Position numbers and translations under genes: made by a program. A stretch of 64,000 bases of DNA from an uncultured delta proteobacterium. Its GTDB lineage: Bacteria; Myxococcota_A; Polyangia; Polyangiales; Houyiibacteriaceae. Shown piece after piece: positions 1-8,237 of the stretch. The notes below the pieces were generated by a model. That model was given only the letters and a program-made list of their open reading frames with translations, made no database searches and was not told the origin of the DNA. The first letter of the stretch is position 1. The number at the start of each line of letters is the position of its first letter. The DNA lies in the NCBI GenBank assembly GCA_963753395.1, contig CAVWBW010000009.1:2633-66632 (forward strand), read 5' to 3'.

Positions 1-280
1 CTCGAGGTTCATCTGCACGTTGCCGTGCGTGAGCTCACTGTTGCGTCGTTACCGGCTCACTTCTGCCGCAACCGAACAGAGGCCCGATGAAGACCAAAGT
101 AAGAACTAGTGAACGCATAAGTCGCCCCGACATTGTCGTGTTTCCCCTCATCACTTCCCCCGGGGATCAGACTTAAAACCGTGACGGCTAGTGCCAATGC
201 GGATGGAGAACGCTGAACGAGGGTCGGGGGCTCGACGACGAATGTTCGCGAATCAGACGGTGTTGATAGAGTCGCCTAGC

Positions 281-537
281 CTAGAGTGTATGCACCATCT
301 CCACATCCCACTCCACCTCGCGCTCCTGTCGCTTCCCATCGCAATCCTCGTAATGATCACGTGCGGGCGCATGCGCGCGCGCGACATGCCTACTTCGGCT
401 ACGCCTCGGTGCCAGTCGGTTTCGATGTCGGTGAGGGCGACGAGGATGACGACGTCGTTTTCTAGGCCCTTGAAGCCGGGGCGGTGCGACGCTGCCTGCG
501 CTCCTCGGGAGATCGCGAAGCGTTCCGCGATTTCCAT
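281..537 (-). repeat. R1: relic of the 3' end of an SF1/UvrD_C-type helicase gene, through its stop codon
   Basis: The minus strand reads ...HRPGFKGLENDVVILVALTDIETDWHRGVAEVGMSRARMRPHVII, then a 1-nt deletion, then DCDGKRQEREVEWDVEMVHTL*. No helicase body lies upstream. It is alignable at nt level to R2-R7. Confidence 0.8.
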
Positions 538-539
538 GC

Positions 540-778
540 CGACCGGAGTGCCCTTCTCTACCTGCGTCCGCGTGCCACTTTCGTCCGACTTTGCCTCCGC
601 AGACGTGGCAGCGTCGTCCCGTCTTCTTCAGGACTGAAGTGCGCTGTCTCTGCGTGAGGGAGCGACGTGGCGCCTTGTTGGTGCCTTTTCTCTGGCGGCG
701 TTCTTCGCGAAGCCTAAGAAGCTTCTTGCGTAGAGTGCTTGCTTGGCGGGGGCGAGGCTTTGAACCCTTGGTGCTCAT
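540..778 (-). pseudogene. 5' fragment of a small HNH endonuclease gene, truncated at the R1 junction
   Basis: MSTKGSKPRPRQ...LTQRQRTSVLKKTGRRCHVCGGKVGRKWHAD matches the start of an HNH motif (C-x2-C ... W-x-x-D-H). The sequence then runs into helicase-relic sequence and the rest of the HNH motif is absent. Confidence 0.4.
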
Positions 779-1005
779 GGTGGCGAGATTGCACGAGTGG
801 ACGGCTCAGGGGAAGCCGGTGGCGTTGAGGGCCCAGGCGTTGATTGAGATGGCATTGTTGAGGACGGGTGGCTTCGGCGGCTTGCTCGGGGTGACGGTGG
901 TCGAGCTCGACAGCGACTCGAAACACGGAGCGAGGCATCACGACCGCAGTGGCATCACCCAATTCAGGTTGTTAGCCTGATGAGGGGTCTTCTTCAGGAG
1001 GGGTT

Positions 1006-1113
1006 ATGAAGGATGACAAGGGATCGCCGTCGGCGAACGTGGTGCTCGTGAAGGAAGCGGAGGAAGTGCGCACGCCGCTAAGGTTGAGCTCGATGCCTCC
1101 GCAGGGGTGGTGA
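1006..1113 (+). CDS. small hypothetical protein (35 aa)
   Basis: An AGGAGG motif precedes the ATG (caggaggggttATG). Its stop overlaps the GTG start of the next ORF (GTGGTGA). It is too short for the ORF track. Confidence 0.3.
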   Translation: MKDDKGSPSANVVLVKEAEEVRTPLRLSSMPPQGW

Positions 1114-1364
1114 AGGTGACTGCTCACGGGGCCAGGGGACGTGGCGTTTGGAAGTGGATAATTCTTGCCGGCATCGGTGGGGTTCTCCTGGGTGTGTTCG
1201 TGGGCTTTCTTACAGCGACGGTGATGAGCAGGCGGAGTGCGTACAACCTTGCGGTTCGTGATGGTAAAGCGTGTACGAAGGGTCGTGAAGCTAGGAAAAT
1301 GTTTCGATCGGGCTCGAAGCAGCGCAGAAGCAAGGCGGGGGGTACCGCCATCCGTCGACTATGA
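1107..1364 (+). CDS. small single-pass membrane protein with a basic tail
   Basis: An 85-aa ORF with a hydrophobic helix (WKWIILAGIGGVLLGVFVGFLTATVM) followed by a K/R-rich tail. It overlaps the preceding small ORF. Confidence 0.4.
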   Translation: MVKVTAHGARGRGVWKWIILAGIGGVLLGVFVGFLTATVMSRRSAYNLAVRDGKACTKGREARKMFRSGSKQRRSKAGGTAIRRL

Positions 1365-1385
1365 AGCCATAGAGCAGCTCGTACC

Positions 1386-1692
1386 TTGCCGGCGCCTTTC
1401 ACCACTGGCGACTTAGTTAGCCTCAACTACTCGAAGTTCAATCGAGACCGTGCGCTAGTGACCTACGCTCGGCAGGTGGACGAACTCTCGACAAAAGACG
1501 AGGAGGTAACAGCGAGGGTGCCACCCGAATCAAGCAGCGAGGAGCGCGACGAGGCGGCGCAAGAAGGACTTGGCGGAGCTTGGCGAGCTGGCGCGATTCC
1601 GCGTTGCGAACCGAGACTCGCGGACGGTGATGGTTTGGGGGACTATCCGTTATCGCTTTGATTTCAAGGGGCCACGTGGTGTGAGCGGATGA
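1386..1692 (+). pseudogene. hypothetical protein with an apparent frameshift near 1555-1565
   Basis: The N-terminal part in one frame is LPAPFTTGDLVSLNYSKFNRDRALVTYARQVDEL...EERDEAAQ. The C-terminal part in the +1 frame is KKDLAELGELARFRVANRDSRTVMVWGTIRYRFDFKGPRGVSG*. Its TGA overlaps the ATG of the next gene (ATGA at 1689-1692). Confidence 0.3.
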
Positions 1693-2012
1693 AGATCATC
1701 CTGTTGATTATTCTCGGAGGGCTTGCCCTTCTTGCGATTGGGGTCGCCATTGGGCTGCTCGAGCTGGCCGTGGTGATTGCGTGGAAGGCTCCGCTGCTCT
1801 TCCTCTACGTCGTGATCTGCTTCTTCTTCCCGCCGGCGCTGCTGGCGATTCCGGTGGTGGGGTACTTCTGGTTCAAGGCAGCCGAGGTTGAGCTTCAGGC
1901 GGCCCAGCTCCGGGCGCAGTTGGAGCAGCAAGAAGAGGCGGAGCGGTTTCGGGAAGAGATGCGGGAGCGAATGGACGAGTTGGAAGACGAGCATGAGCAC
2001 CGACTCGACTGA
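1689..2012 (+). CDS. membrane protein (two hydrophobic segments) with an acidic coiled-coil tail
   Basis: A 107-aa ORF reading MKIILLIILGGLALLAIGVAIGLLELAVVIAWKAPLLFLYVVICFFFPPALLAIPVVGYFWF, then QLRAQLEQQEEAERFREEMRERMDELEDEHEH. It is coupled by overlap to genes on both sides. Confidence 0.6.
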   Translation: MKIILLIILGGLALLAIGVAIGLLELAVVIAWKAPLLFLYVVICFFFPPALLAIPVVGYFWFKAAEVELQAAQLRAQLEQQEEAERFREEMRERMDELEDEHEHRLD

Positions 2013-2813
2013 CGCTGTGAGGCTTCTCTTCGGTCTTCTCGACCAATGGCGGCACTTCCCGGCGTACCAACTGGAGCGACGGGCGGACATCTTCTTTGCG
2101 CTCTACTTGCCTGGCATTGTCGAGCATGCGCTTGGGGTGAAAGTGGACTCGCGGGTGATTCCCGAGTTTCCAATTGGGAAGGAGCACAGCCGTCGGTCTA
2201 CGAAGGTCGACTATCTCGCCCTGTCTGACGACTGGTCTGCTGCGTTATAGATCGAGCTCAAGACGGAGATGCGAAGCAGAAATCGAAGGCAGGATGCTTA
2301 CCTTGCGGATGCTCGGCGTCGTGGACTCGGGGGGTTGCTGAGCGATGTACCGGTGCTTGCGGAGGCGTCGAAGGAACAGGCGAAGTATGTTCACTTGCTC
2401 TTGGCTCTAGGGGAGATGGGGCTACTTACGGTGCCCTCGGATTCGGAGATTATGCATTCCCTGAGGTGCGGCGAGGGATCACGAAGCGCATGCGGGACGT
2501 GCAGGCGGCCGCGAGCGACGCGAACGTGGAAGTTGTCTACTTGCAGCCGCAAGAGAGCATCGACGACCGTGTGATCTCGTTTGGGACCGTGGCCGAGTAT
2601 CTTGAAACGCTCGACGACCCTTTCGCGGTGCGCTTTGCGAAGCATGTGCGGGGCTGGATCAGCCTGCGGCAATACGGGCGCCCGGGACCTAGTGGCGCGC
2701 GCGGGGGGCAGGGTGCGCCGGGGATACGCTGTTCAGTCTGCCTCGGGCTCGCAGTTCACCTTCGACTCCTCCATGCGTTTACGAATACGCGAGGCCAGCT
2801 CTGCATCGCCTGA
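1993..2813 (+). pseudogene. PD-(D/E)xK-like nuclease-fold protein, disrupted by an in-frame TAG and a frameshift
   Basis: It reads MSTDSTDAVRLLFGLLDQWRHFPAYQLERRADIFFAL...STKVDYLALSDDWSAAL[TAG 2248-2250]IELKTEMRSRN... The D...ExK-like motif is split by the stop. Sense then moves to another frame around 2440-2470 (...GITKRMRDVQAAASDANVEVVYLQPQESIDDRVISFGTVAEYLETLDDPFAVRFAKHVRGW). The true 3' end is uncertain. Confidence 0.5.
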
Positions 2814-3497
2814 TGCCTCGCAGGAATGCAGGAGCCGGCCCGCCTCTTCAACGGTGAACGCGCCTAGCTCGATCGTCTGAGCCGAGGTGGCGACCAGGGA
2901 ACGGCCTCGAAAGCCGGATACCGTCGCATCGGGAACGCCCACAGCGTTGAGCAGCACGTCTGCGTAGCCTGCATAGCCGACGAGATACGCAAACAAATCC
3001 TGAAAGACGTGGCCGGCCACACTCTCGCCGTGCTGCTCGATGATGGAGCGGACCGCGTCGCGGTGGTCGGTGTCGAGGATTCGCTCTTTCGGCAGGCGTG
3101 CGGCGATGTTTCCGGCCGCGTGGCAGTCGGCGAGAACGACGCAGAGGACTTCGTGGCCTGCCATCGCGTCGTTGAAGAAGGTGTGGAGAAAGCCGGGCCA
3201 GTTGCTCGTGATGTGTTCTTTCAGGTCGGCGAGCCACGGCTGGCTGCGGTGAGCGCGCACCATGTTGGCTTTCGACACGGAAATGGCGTTGGCTCCGCTC
3301 TTTCGAAACGTCTGCTCGGCATCTGCGATGAGCCATCGGCCGTCAACGTTTCTGTCTCCGCACCAGAACAGCGCCGCGAGGATGCCGGCTTCGGCGTTGC
3401 CCTTGGTTGCCAGGGATTCGAGCTCTCGCGCCGGGAGCGGCACCTGTTCGCTGGTCGTGGTCTTTACCTCGATGCGTATGAGTTCGGGGAAGCCCAT
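2733..3497 (-). CDS. hypothetical protein (254 aa), partner of the hook ATPase
   Basis: An intact ORF starting 13 nt after the ATPase stop. The N-terminus FPELIRIEVKTTTSE contains an ExK-like element. No family was recognised. Confidence 0.7.
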   Translation of the reverse strand: MGFPELIRIEVKTTTSEQVPLPARELESLATKGNAEAGILAALFWCGDRNVDGRWLIADAEQTFRKSGANAISVSKANMVRAHRSQPWLADLKEHITSNWPGFLHTFFNDAMAGHEVLCVVLADCHAAGNIAARLPKERILDTDHRDAVRSIIEQHGESVAGHVFQDLFAYLVGYAGYADVLLNAVGVPDATVSGFRGRSLVATSAQTIELGAFTVEEAGRLLHSCEASGDAELASRIRKRMEESKVNCEPEAD

Positions 3498-3509
3498 GGA
3501 CGCGATCCG

Positions 3510-5695
3510 TTAACCTGCCACCTTGGTTTTCACAGTGGGGTTGCCATCCCACTTCTGGAGATGGTGGACGACAGCGATGTCGAAGAAGCCCTCGGACTCG
3601 AGGAAGCTAACGAAGTCCTCATCTTGTGTGGAAACCACGACCTGACGCTGCTTTGCGATCTCGGTGACGACCTTGGCCATGGCTTCTTTGCAAGGTTGGT
3701 CGAGGTTCTGGGTCGGGTCGTCTACGTAGAGCAAGTCTAGGTTGTGGGTTTTGGCGTCGGAGAACGCAAAGAAGAGGCCGATGGCTGTTGCGGTCACCTG
3801 GCCGTCTGAAAGAACCATGCGCGCTTCGCGCGCGGTGGCTTCCTTGCCACCGGGAGCTCACTTCGAACGAGTAGTCGAGCTTGTTGGCCTTGGGCTGGGT
3901 GGCGAGTGTGAGCGAGTCGAACACGGGGTGCCTGACGAGCTGCTGGTAGAGCTGATTTGCTCGCGGGCTCGCTTGGGCAAGCGTCGTGGTCGCAAGCTCG
4001 TTCTTCGCGTCGAGCAGTGCGCTCCGCAGCACGGTGAGCTTGTCGGCCGTTGCATCGAGCTCGTGCGCCGCTTCCGCGTCTTTCAGGTGCGACTTCTGGG
4101 TCTCGATCCATGCGTCTTCGAGCTTCGCAAGCTCGTCCCGCTTCTTCAGCACGGGGACGAGGCCTTCGCGAATTCGTCGCTCAGCTTCCTCGAGCTCCGA
4201 GAAGATGTGCTCCATCGCCTCCGCCCCTTTGGAGAGCTCGGCAAGTTGCTTCTCGAGCGCGCTCGTGGCTTCGGCGAGACGCGATTCGATTTTCGTCTCG
4301 GGAATCCCGGCACCGCCGAGGGCCTCGACGATGTCGGTGCGCACGGTGTTGACTGCTTCCTCTGCATCGTTGAGCGCTTTTTCGAGCTCGCCGAGCGTGG
4401 CGAGGTGGAGATCGAGCTGGCCGAGCTCGGCTTCCGCTTTGGCGACGTCTGCCTGGAGATCAGCCGCTTCGGTCGAGGTCAGCGCGGTCAATCGAGAAGT
4501 CAGCTTTGAAACGAGCGCGGCCGCGGACTCGACGGACTGCTCGCAGAGTGGACAGTGGTCCGTGGGGTTGAGATTCGAGCAAATCCTTTCCATCGGCTAG
4601 GAGCTGGCGGAGCTGCCCCGCCGCCTTCAAGGCTAGGCGCTTGTCGTCGAGCGCGCTCAGCATGGCAGCCCGTTTTGCCGCGAGGGCATCGCGGGTGCCG
4701 TGCTGTTCCACCCAATTGGCGTTGTCCTCGTGGGCCTTCGCGCGCTGCTCAAACGCGGACTGCAGGCGTGCCGCTAGGGACTGATGTTGAGCTATCGACG
4801 TCGTGATTGGCGTGAGCCGCTTCTGCAGCGCTGAATCGGTTCGGATGCTCCGTACGCCGGCCGTTACCTGCTCGGCAACTCCTGGGGCGAGGGCCACTGC
4901 GGTGCACTCGGAAATCAGGGCGACCTCGACTTCGTACTTGCTGGCGAGGCGCTGGAGCCGCTCTCCGACTCCGGCGTAGGCCTTCTTGAGGCCGGCGCTG
5001 CTGAAATCTTTACTGACGAACTTGCGCTCTCTTGCGGCGGTCTCCGCGTCCTTCTTCTGCTGTGCGAGAAGCTCCTCCCGGGCTGCGTGATTCCTCTCGT
5101 CCTCGACGATTTGTGATCGACGCGCCTCGGCTTGCTTTGTGAAGTCTCTGGGCTTGAGTCTCGACAGGATGGCTTCGATATCGTCCATGCCGAGGAGCCG
5201 ATCGAGGGCTGCGTTTCGATCTTTGGGTGAATCGAGGAGGAGCCCGCGGATGCGGCTTTGTTGGAGAAGGACGGTGCGGACGAAGCCGGCCATGTCGAGC
5301 CCGAGGATGCGGTCGCGTTGTTGTTCCGCTTCGTCGCCCTCGTAGGTGTTGCCGTCAAGCTCCAGGGTGAAGCTCTTGGAACCGTGGTCGCGTGTGAGGA
5401 TGAGGGTTTGTTTGCCGGACTCGAGGGTCACCCTCCCAAACCAAGCCGCGCTCTTCGCGCTCACCGGCGCGAGGAAGGCTTTGAAACCGGTGTTCGACAA
5501 GACCTCGGAAGGGAACTTGCCGTAGAGGGTCCACTGGATGCTCTGCGCGACGGTGGACTTGCCGACACCGTTGTCTCCGTGGAGCAGGCCGGGCTTCGTC
5601 GAGAAGTCGTATTTGATATCGGTCGCGACGCCGCGGAAGCTTCGGATCTCGACTGAGTGGAGGCGCCAGCGAGCCGCTTCGATTGAATCGCTCAT
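3510..5695 (-). pseudogene. Rad50/SbcC/SMC-like ATPase with a CxxC hook, two frame breaks
   Basis: Walker A is GDNGVGKST and the Q-loop is LLQQ. Long coiled-coil stretches flank a central HCPLCEQ hook. The signature is LSDGQ, Walker B is LLYVDDP and the H-loop-like element is VVVSTQD. Sense is spread over three ORF-track frames (4460..5797, 3619..4593, 3510..3818), with breaks near 4560-4587 and 3845-3858. Confidence 0.75.
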
Positions 5696-5700
5696 TCGGC

Positions 5701-5868
5701 TCACTCCTGATCTGCGGTGCGATTTATGAGCTCGGCCAGCACTGCGTCTACGCCGGCTCCGCCGTCTTTCTGGTAGGCGCTCCAGAGCTTCTTCCATAGC
5801 GGAAGTACATCTTCGCCACCCTTCTGCTCCTTGAGCTGCCTCACGACAGCTTCGTTGATCCCTTCCAT
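5701..5868 (-). CDS. small acidic helical protein (55 aa)
   Basis: The hand translation is MEGINEAVVRQLKEQKGGEDVLPLWKKLWSAYQKDGGAGVDAVLAELINRTADQE*. A GGAGGAG motif precedes the ATG. It ends 5 nt before the ATPase start and is below the ORF-track length cutoff. Confidence 0.4.
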   Translation of the reverse strand: MEGINEAVVRQLKEQKGGEDVLPLWKKLWSAYQKDGGAGVDAVLAELINRTADQE

Positions 5869-5928
5869 CAACTACTCCTCCGGTTCGTCCGTTTTCCTAA
5901 GGTGGGGTCTTTGTCGTTTCGACTAGGC

Positions 5929-6141
5929 TCATTGGGCTCCCGGGCTCGCGCAAATCCAATGGCAGTTGAGGCTGATGTCGCTCTCGCAGATGCAGATTGG
6001 GTGTTTGCCTGGTTCGCAGATGGGTTTGACGTCGATGCAGCGGGAGCTGGTTGGGGTGGGTTCAGTTGTTGGAGTCGGTGCGGTGCCCGCGAATATGGCC
6101 GCGGCGGCGACTAAGAAACCTGCCCGAACTGAGTTGCGCAT
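5929..6141 (-). CDS. secreted Cys-rich peptide (knottin-like 6-Cys spacing)
   Basis: A signal peptide (MRNSVRAGFLVAAAAIFAGTA) is followed by a PT-rich linker and then C-x6-C-x7-C-x-C-x7-C-x3-C. A GGAGG motif lies 6 nt upstream of the ATG. Confidence 0.5.
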   Translation of the reverse strand: MRNSVRAGFLVAAAAIFAGTAPTPTTEPTPTSSRCIDVKPICEPGKHPICICESDISLNCHWICASPGAQ

Positions 6142-6235
6142 GTTGGCCCTCCGGTGACGACACTAGGAGAAGCGTAGCAGCGCCGAGGGCGCCGGTGAAA
6201 CCTGGTGCCGGATCTTGCTACACTGGTTCCGCATC

Positions 6236-6463
6236 ATGAGCGGCACGGCCATCATCGTTCTCATCGTCGCGGGGCTGATTGCGCTCTTCGTGGGGAGCCT
6301 GGTGGCAGGGGTTACGGTGTTGTTGCCGGGTGCGACCTTGCTTGCGGCGGTCATCATCGGGAGCATGGCGGGCGGCTGGGTTGGGGGGATTGCGGGGTTC
6401 TTCGTTTGGATGGCGTTCTTCTTTGGCGGCACGATTGTGATGGCGTTGAGCGACGACGAGTAG
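6236..6463 (+). CDS. small Gly-rich membrane protein
   Basis: It reads MSGTAIIVLIVAGLIALFVGSLVAGVTVLLPGATLLAAVIIGSMAGGWVGGIAGFFVWMAFFFGGTIVMAL, hydrophobic throughout. Confidence 0.5.
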   Translation: MSGTAIIVLIVAGLIALFVGSLVAGVTVLLPGATLLAAVIIGSMAGGWVGGIAGFFVWMAFFFGGTIVMALSDDE

Positions 6464-6474
6464 GCGATGCAGAG

Positions 6475-6501
6475 GTGCCAGTCGGTTTCGATGTCGGTGA
6501 G
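6475..6501 (-). repeat. R2: shortest helicase-relic copy (LTDIETDWH core only)
   Basis: gtgccagtcggtttcgatgtcggtgag is identical to the core of R1 and R6. Confidence 0.6.
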
Positions 6502-6507
6502 CTGGCG

Positions 6508-6813
6508 CTACGCCGCGCGCGGGTCGTTCTCGGGGGATTCGATGCTCAACCGAAGACCCAGGGCTTCGACAATCAGGCCGAGGCTCGACAGGCGGGGGTT
6601 TCCGTTTTCGGAGAGGGTTCGGTAGAGGGTTTCGCGGTTGAGGCCGGTGGCTTCGGCGAGGTGGGCCATGCCGCCTTGGGCGTCGACGACGTCGCGGAGA
6701 CCGATGAGGAAGACTTCGTCGCCTTCTTCGAGGCAGGCGGTGAGGTAGTGGGCGGCCTCGATTGGGTCCTGCAGACGGGGGAGGAGGAGGTCACGATAGG
6801 GGACGGTTGGCAT
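6508..6813 (-). CDS. higA: addiction-module antidote protein, HigA-type HTH
   Basis: It reads MPTVPYRDLLLPRLQDPIEAAHYLTACLEEGDEVFLIGLRDVVDAQGGMAHLAEATGLNRETLYRTLSENGNPRLSSLGLIVEALGLRL. It overlaps the toxin gene by 23 nt. Confidence 0.85.
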   Translation of the reverse strand: MPTVPYRDLLLPRLQDPIEAAHYLTACLEEGDEVFLIGLRDVVDAQGGMAHLAEATGLNRETLYRTLSENGNPRLSSLGLIVEALGLRLSIESPENDPRAA

Positions 6814-7135
6814 CTTTATGCGCCCTCCAGTAGCGCTTGGCTCGCGCGATGTCGCGCGGCTGCGTCTGTTTGTCGCCGGCACAGAGGAGAAGGAGCACTG
6901 CCCTTCCCTGCCGTGCGAAGTAAATCCGATAGCCGGGACCGTGGTGAACCCGGAGCTCGTGCACACCTTCGCCGATTGGCTTGGCGTCGCCGAAGTTGCC
7001 GTCGCGAAGACGCGCAATGCGAGCTCGAATCCGTGCGCGGGCGCGAACGTCCCTCTGGGCCAGCAACCAATCGTTGAACGGGGTGCGACCGTCGGGCGTC
7101 CGGTAGACGCGGACTTCGATCTCGGGCGATGTCAT
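6791..7135 (-). CDS. higB: addiction-module killer protein, RelE/HigB-type toxin
   Basis: It reads MTSPEIEVRVYRTPDGRTPFNDWLLAQRDVRARARIRARIARLRDGNFGDAKPIGEGVHELRVHHGPGYRIYFARQGRAVLLLLCAGDKQTQPRDIARAKRYW, the pattern of this toxin family. Confidence 0.85.
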   Translation of the reverse strand: MTSPEIEVRVYRTPDGRTPFNDWLLAQRDVRARARIRARIARLRDGNFGDAKPIGEGVHELRVHHGPGYRIYFARQGRAVLLLLCAGDKQTQPRDIARAKRYWRAHKDANRPLS

Positions 7136-7235
7136 GCGTGTTGGGCATGTAGCTTATAGGCTACATCGAGTAGTCGGCCGGATCAAGCGCTCGCAGCCGG
7201 AGTACGGGTGTTGTCGACCGCTCGCAGCGGCAGTT

Positions 7236-7300
7236 GCGCGCGCGCGCGACATGCCCACGTAGGCTGCGCCTCGGTGCCAGTCGGCTTCGATGTCGGTGAG
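7236..7300 (-). repeat. R3: helicase-relic copy (LTDIEADWHRGAAYVGMSRARA)
   Basis: It matches the R1/R4/R6 core at nt level and includes an alternating GC run. Confidence 0.75.
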
Positions 7301-7414
7301 GCGGCCTTTCGCTTGCGCCGTGGGGAGGGGCTTGACGGGCTTTTGGTGGCGAGGCCTGGATCCGGTAGCTTGAAGACTGAGTGATGCGGTACTTCGTGGG
7401 GATTTTGGCTGGGC

Positions 7415-7990
7415 TTGCCGTGGTCGTGCTGGGGTCGGTGCGGATCGGATGAGTCGGCGCGGGTCGATGGGGCGCAGGTGGAGCCGGAATTCATCGAGTC
7501 GTTGGTGGACGCGGCGCGAGAGCGGGAGCCGAGCGTTTTCGACACGTATGACTACGGGCCTGCGCCGTCGCTCGAGAGTCTTGATCGCGTGGTGGCTCGT
7601 GTTCTGGAGAGGGCGGCCGACCGAGACGAGCTCGAGCGGGCCAGAGGCGGGCGCACAGGCACTTCCGAACCCGCATACGATGCGCGCGCTCTGCCTTGGG
7701 AGAGTCTGCCGCCCGCGCGGGTTGCCGAGAGCAGCGATGACTGTGTCGGGTACTGCTTCGACGCGATTGTTGAATCCGTCGACGGAGATGATTCTCGCGT
7801 GGCTCGTGTGGTGGTCTTCGGAGAAGGTGGGGCGCCGACTCGGGCCGTCGTCGAGCGGACGAGCATGACCGACGACTCTCGCTCTTCGACGTACTATGGC
7901 AGTGCGGTGCGCTTCCTCTGCTTCGAGAAAGCCAACTCTGCGGCTGTGCCGCGATTTGAAGGCTGCGCTCAGGTGGCCAGGGAGATGTGA
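7415..7990 (+). CDS. hypothetical acidic protein, possibly membrane-anchored with a 5' frame break
   Basis: Protein-like composition (...VEPEFIESLVDAAREREPSVFDTYDYGPAPSLESLDRVVARVLERAADRDELERA...). A TM-like leader, MRYFVGILAGLAVVVLGSVRIG (7384-7452), sits in another frame just upstream, suggesting a frameshift near 7445. Confidence 0.45.
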   Translation: MPWSCWGRCGSDESARVDGAQVEPEFIESLVDAAREREPSVFDTYDYGPAPSLESLDRVVARVLERAADRDELERARGGRTGTSEPAYDARALPWESLPPARVAESSDDCVGYCFDAIVESVDGDDSRVARVVVFGEGGAPTRAVVERTSMTDDSRSSTYYGSAVRFLCFEKANSAAVPRFEGCAQVAREM

Positions 7991-8079
7991 GGCCTCGGGG
8001 CAGGCGTCGGATTGAAGGTGTTTTCTTGGCCGATCCGCGTTGGCGGGCAACGCTCTCGCGCCAGCGACGGGCTCAATCC

Positions 8080-8174
8080 TCGTGAATGATGACGTGCAGC
8101 CGCGTGCGCGCGCGGCATGCCCACGTAGGCCACGCCTCGGTGCCAGTTGGTTTCGATGTCGGTGAGGGCGGCGG
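8080..8174 (-). repeat. R4: helicase-relic copy (LTDIETNWHRGVAYVGM..R.RLHVIIHE)
   Basis: It matches the other copies at nt level and has an internal indel relative to R1. Confidence 0.75.
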
Positions 8175-8237
8175 AGGGACACGCGGTCGAGGTGAGTTTC
8201 TTCTTCGGGGCGCGGGGTCTTCGGGAGCAGAACGGTC

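Noticed and set aside
777-980. A + strand 67-aa ORF (part of track ORF 591..980).
   Set aside because: Its start codon overlaps that of the divergent HNH fragment. It has no RBS, no motif and an unremarkable composition.
2248-2250. The in-frame TAG as programmed read-through or recoding, and the several frame changes as programmed frameshifts.
   Set aside because: No slippery heptamer or downstream structure is evident. Multiple independent disruptions in neighbouring genes are better explained by decay or sequencing indels.
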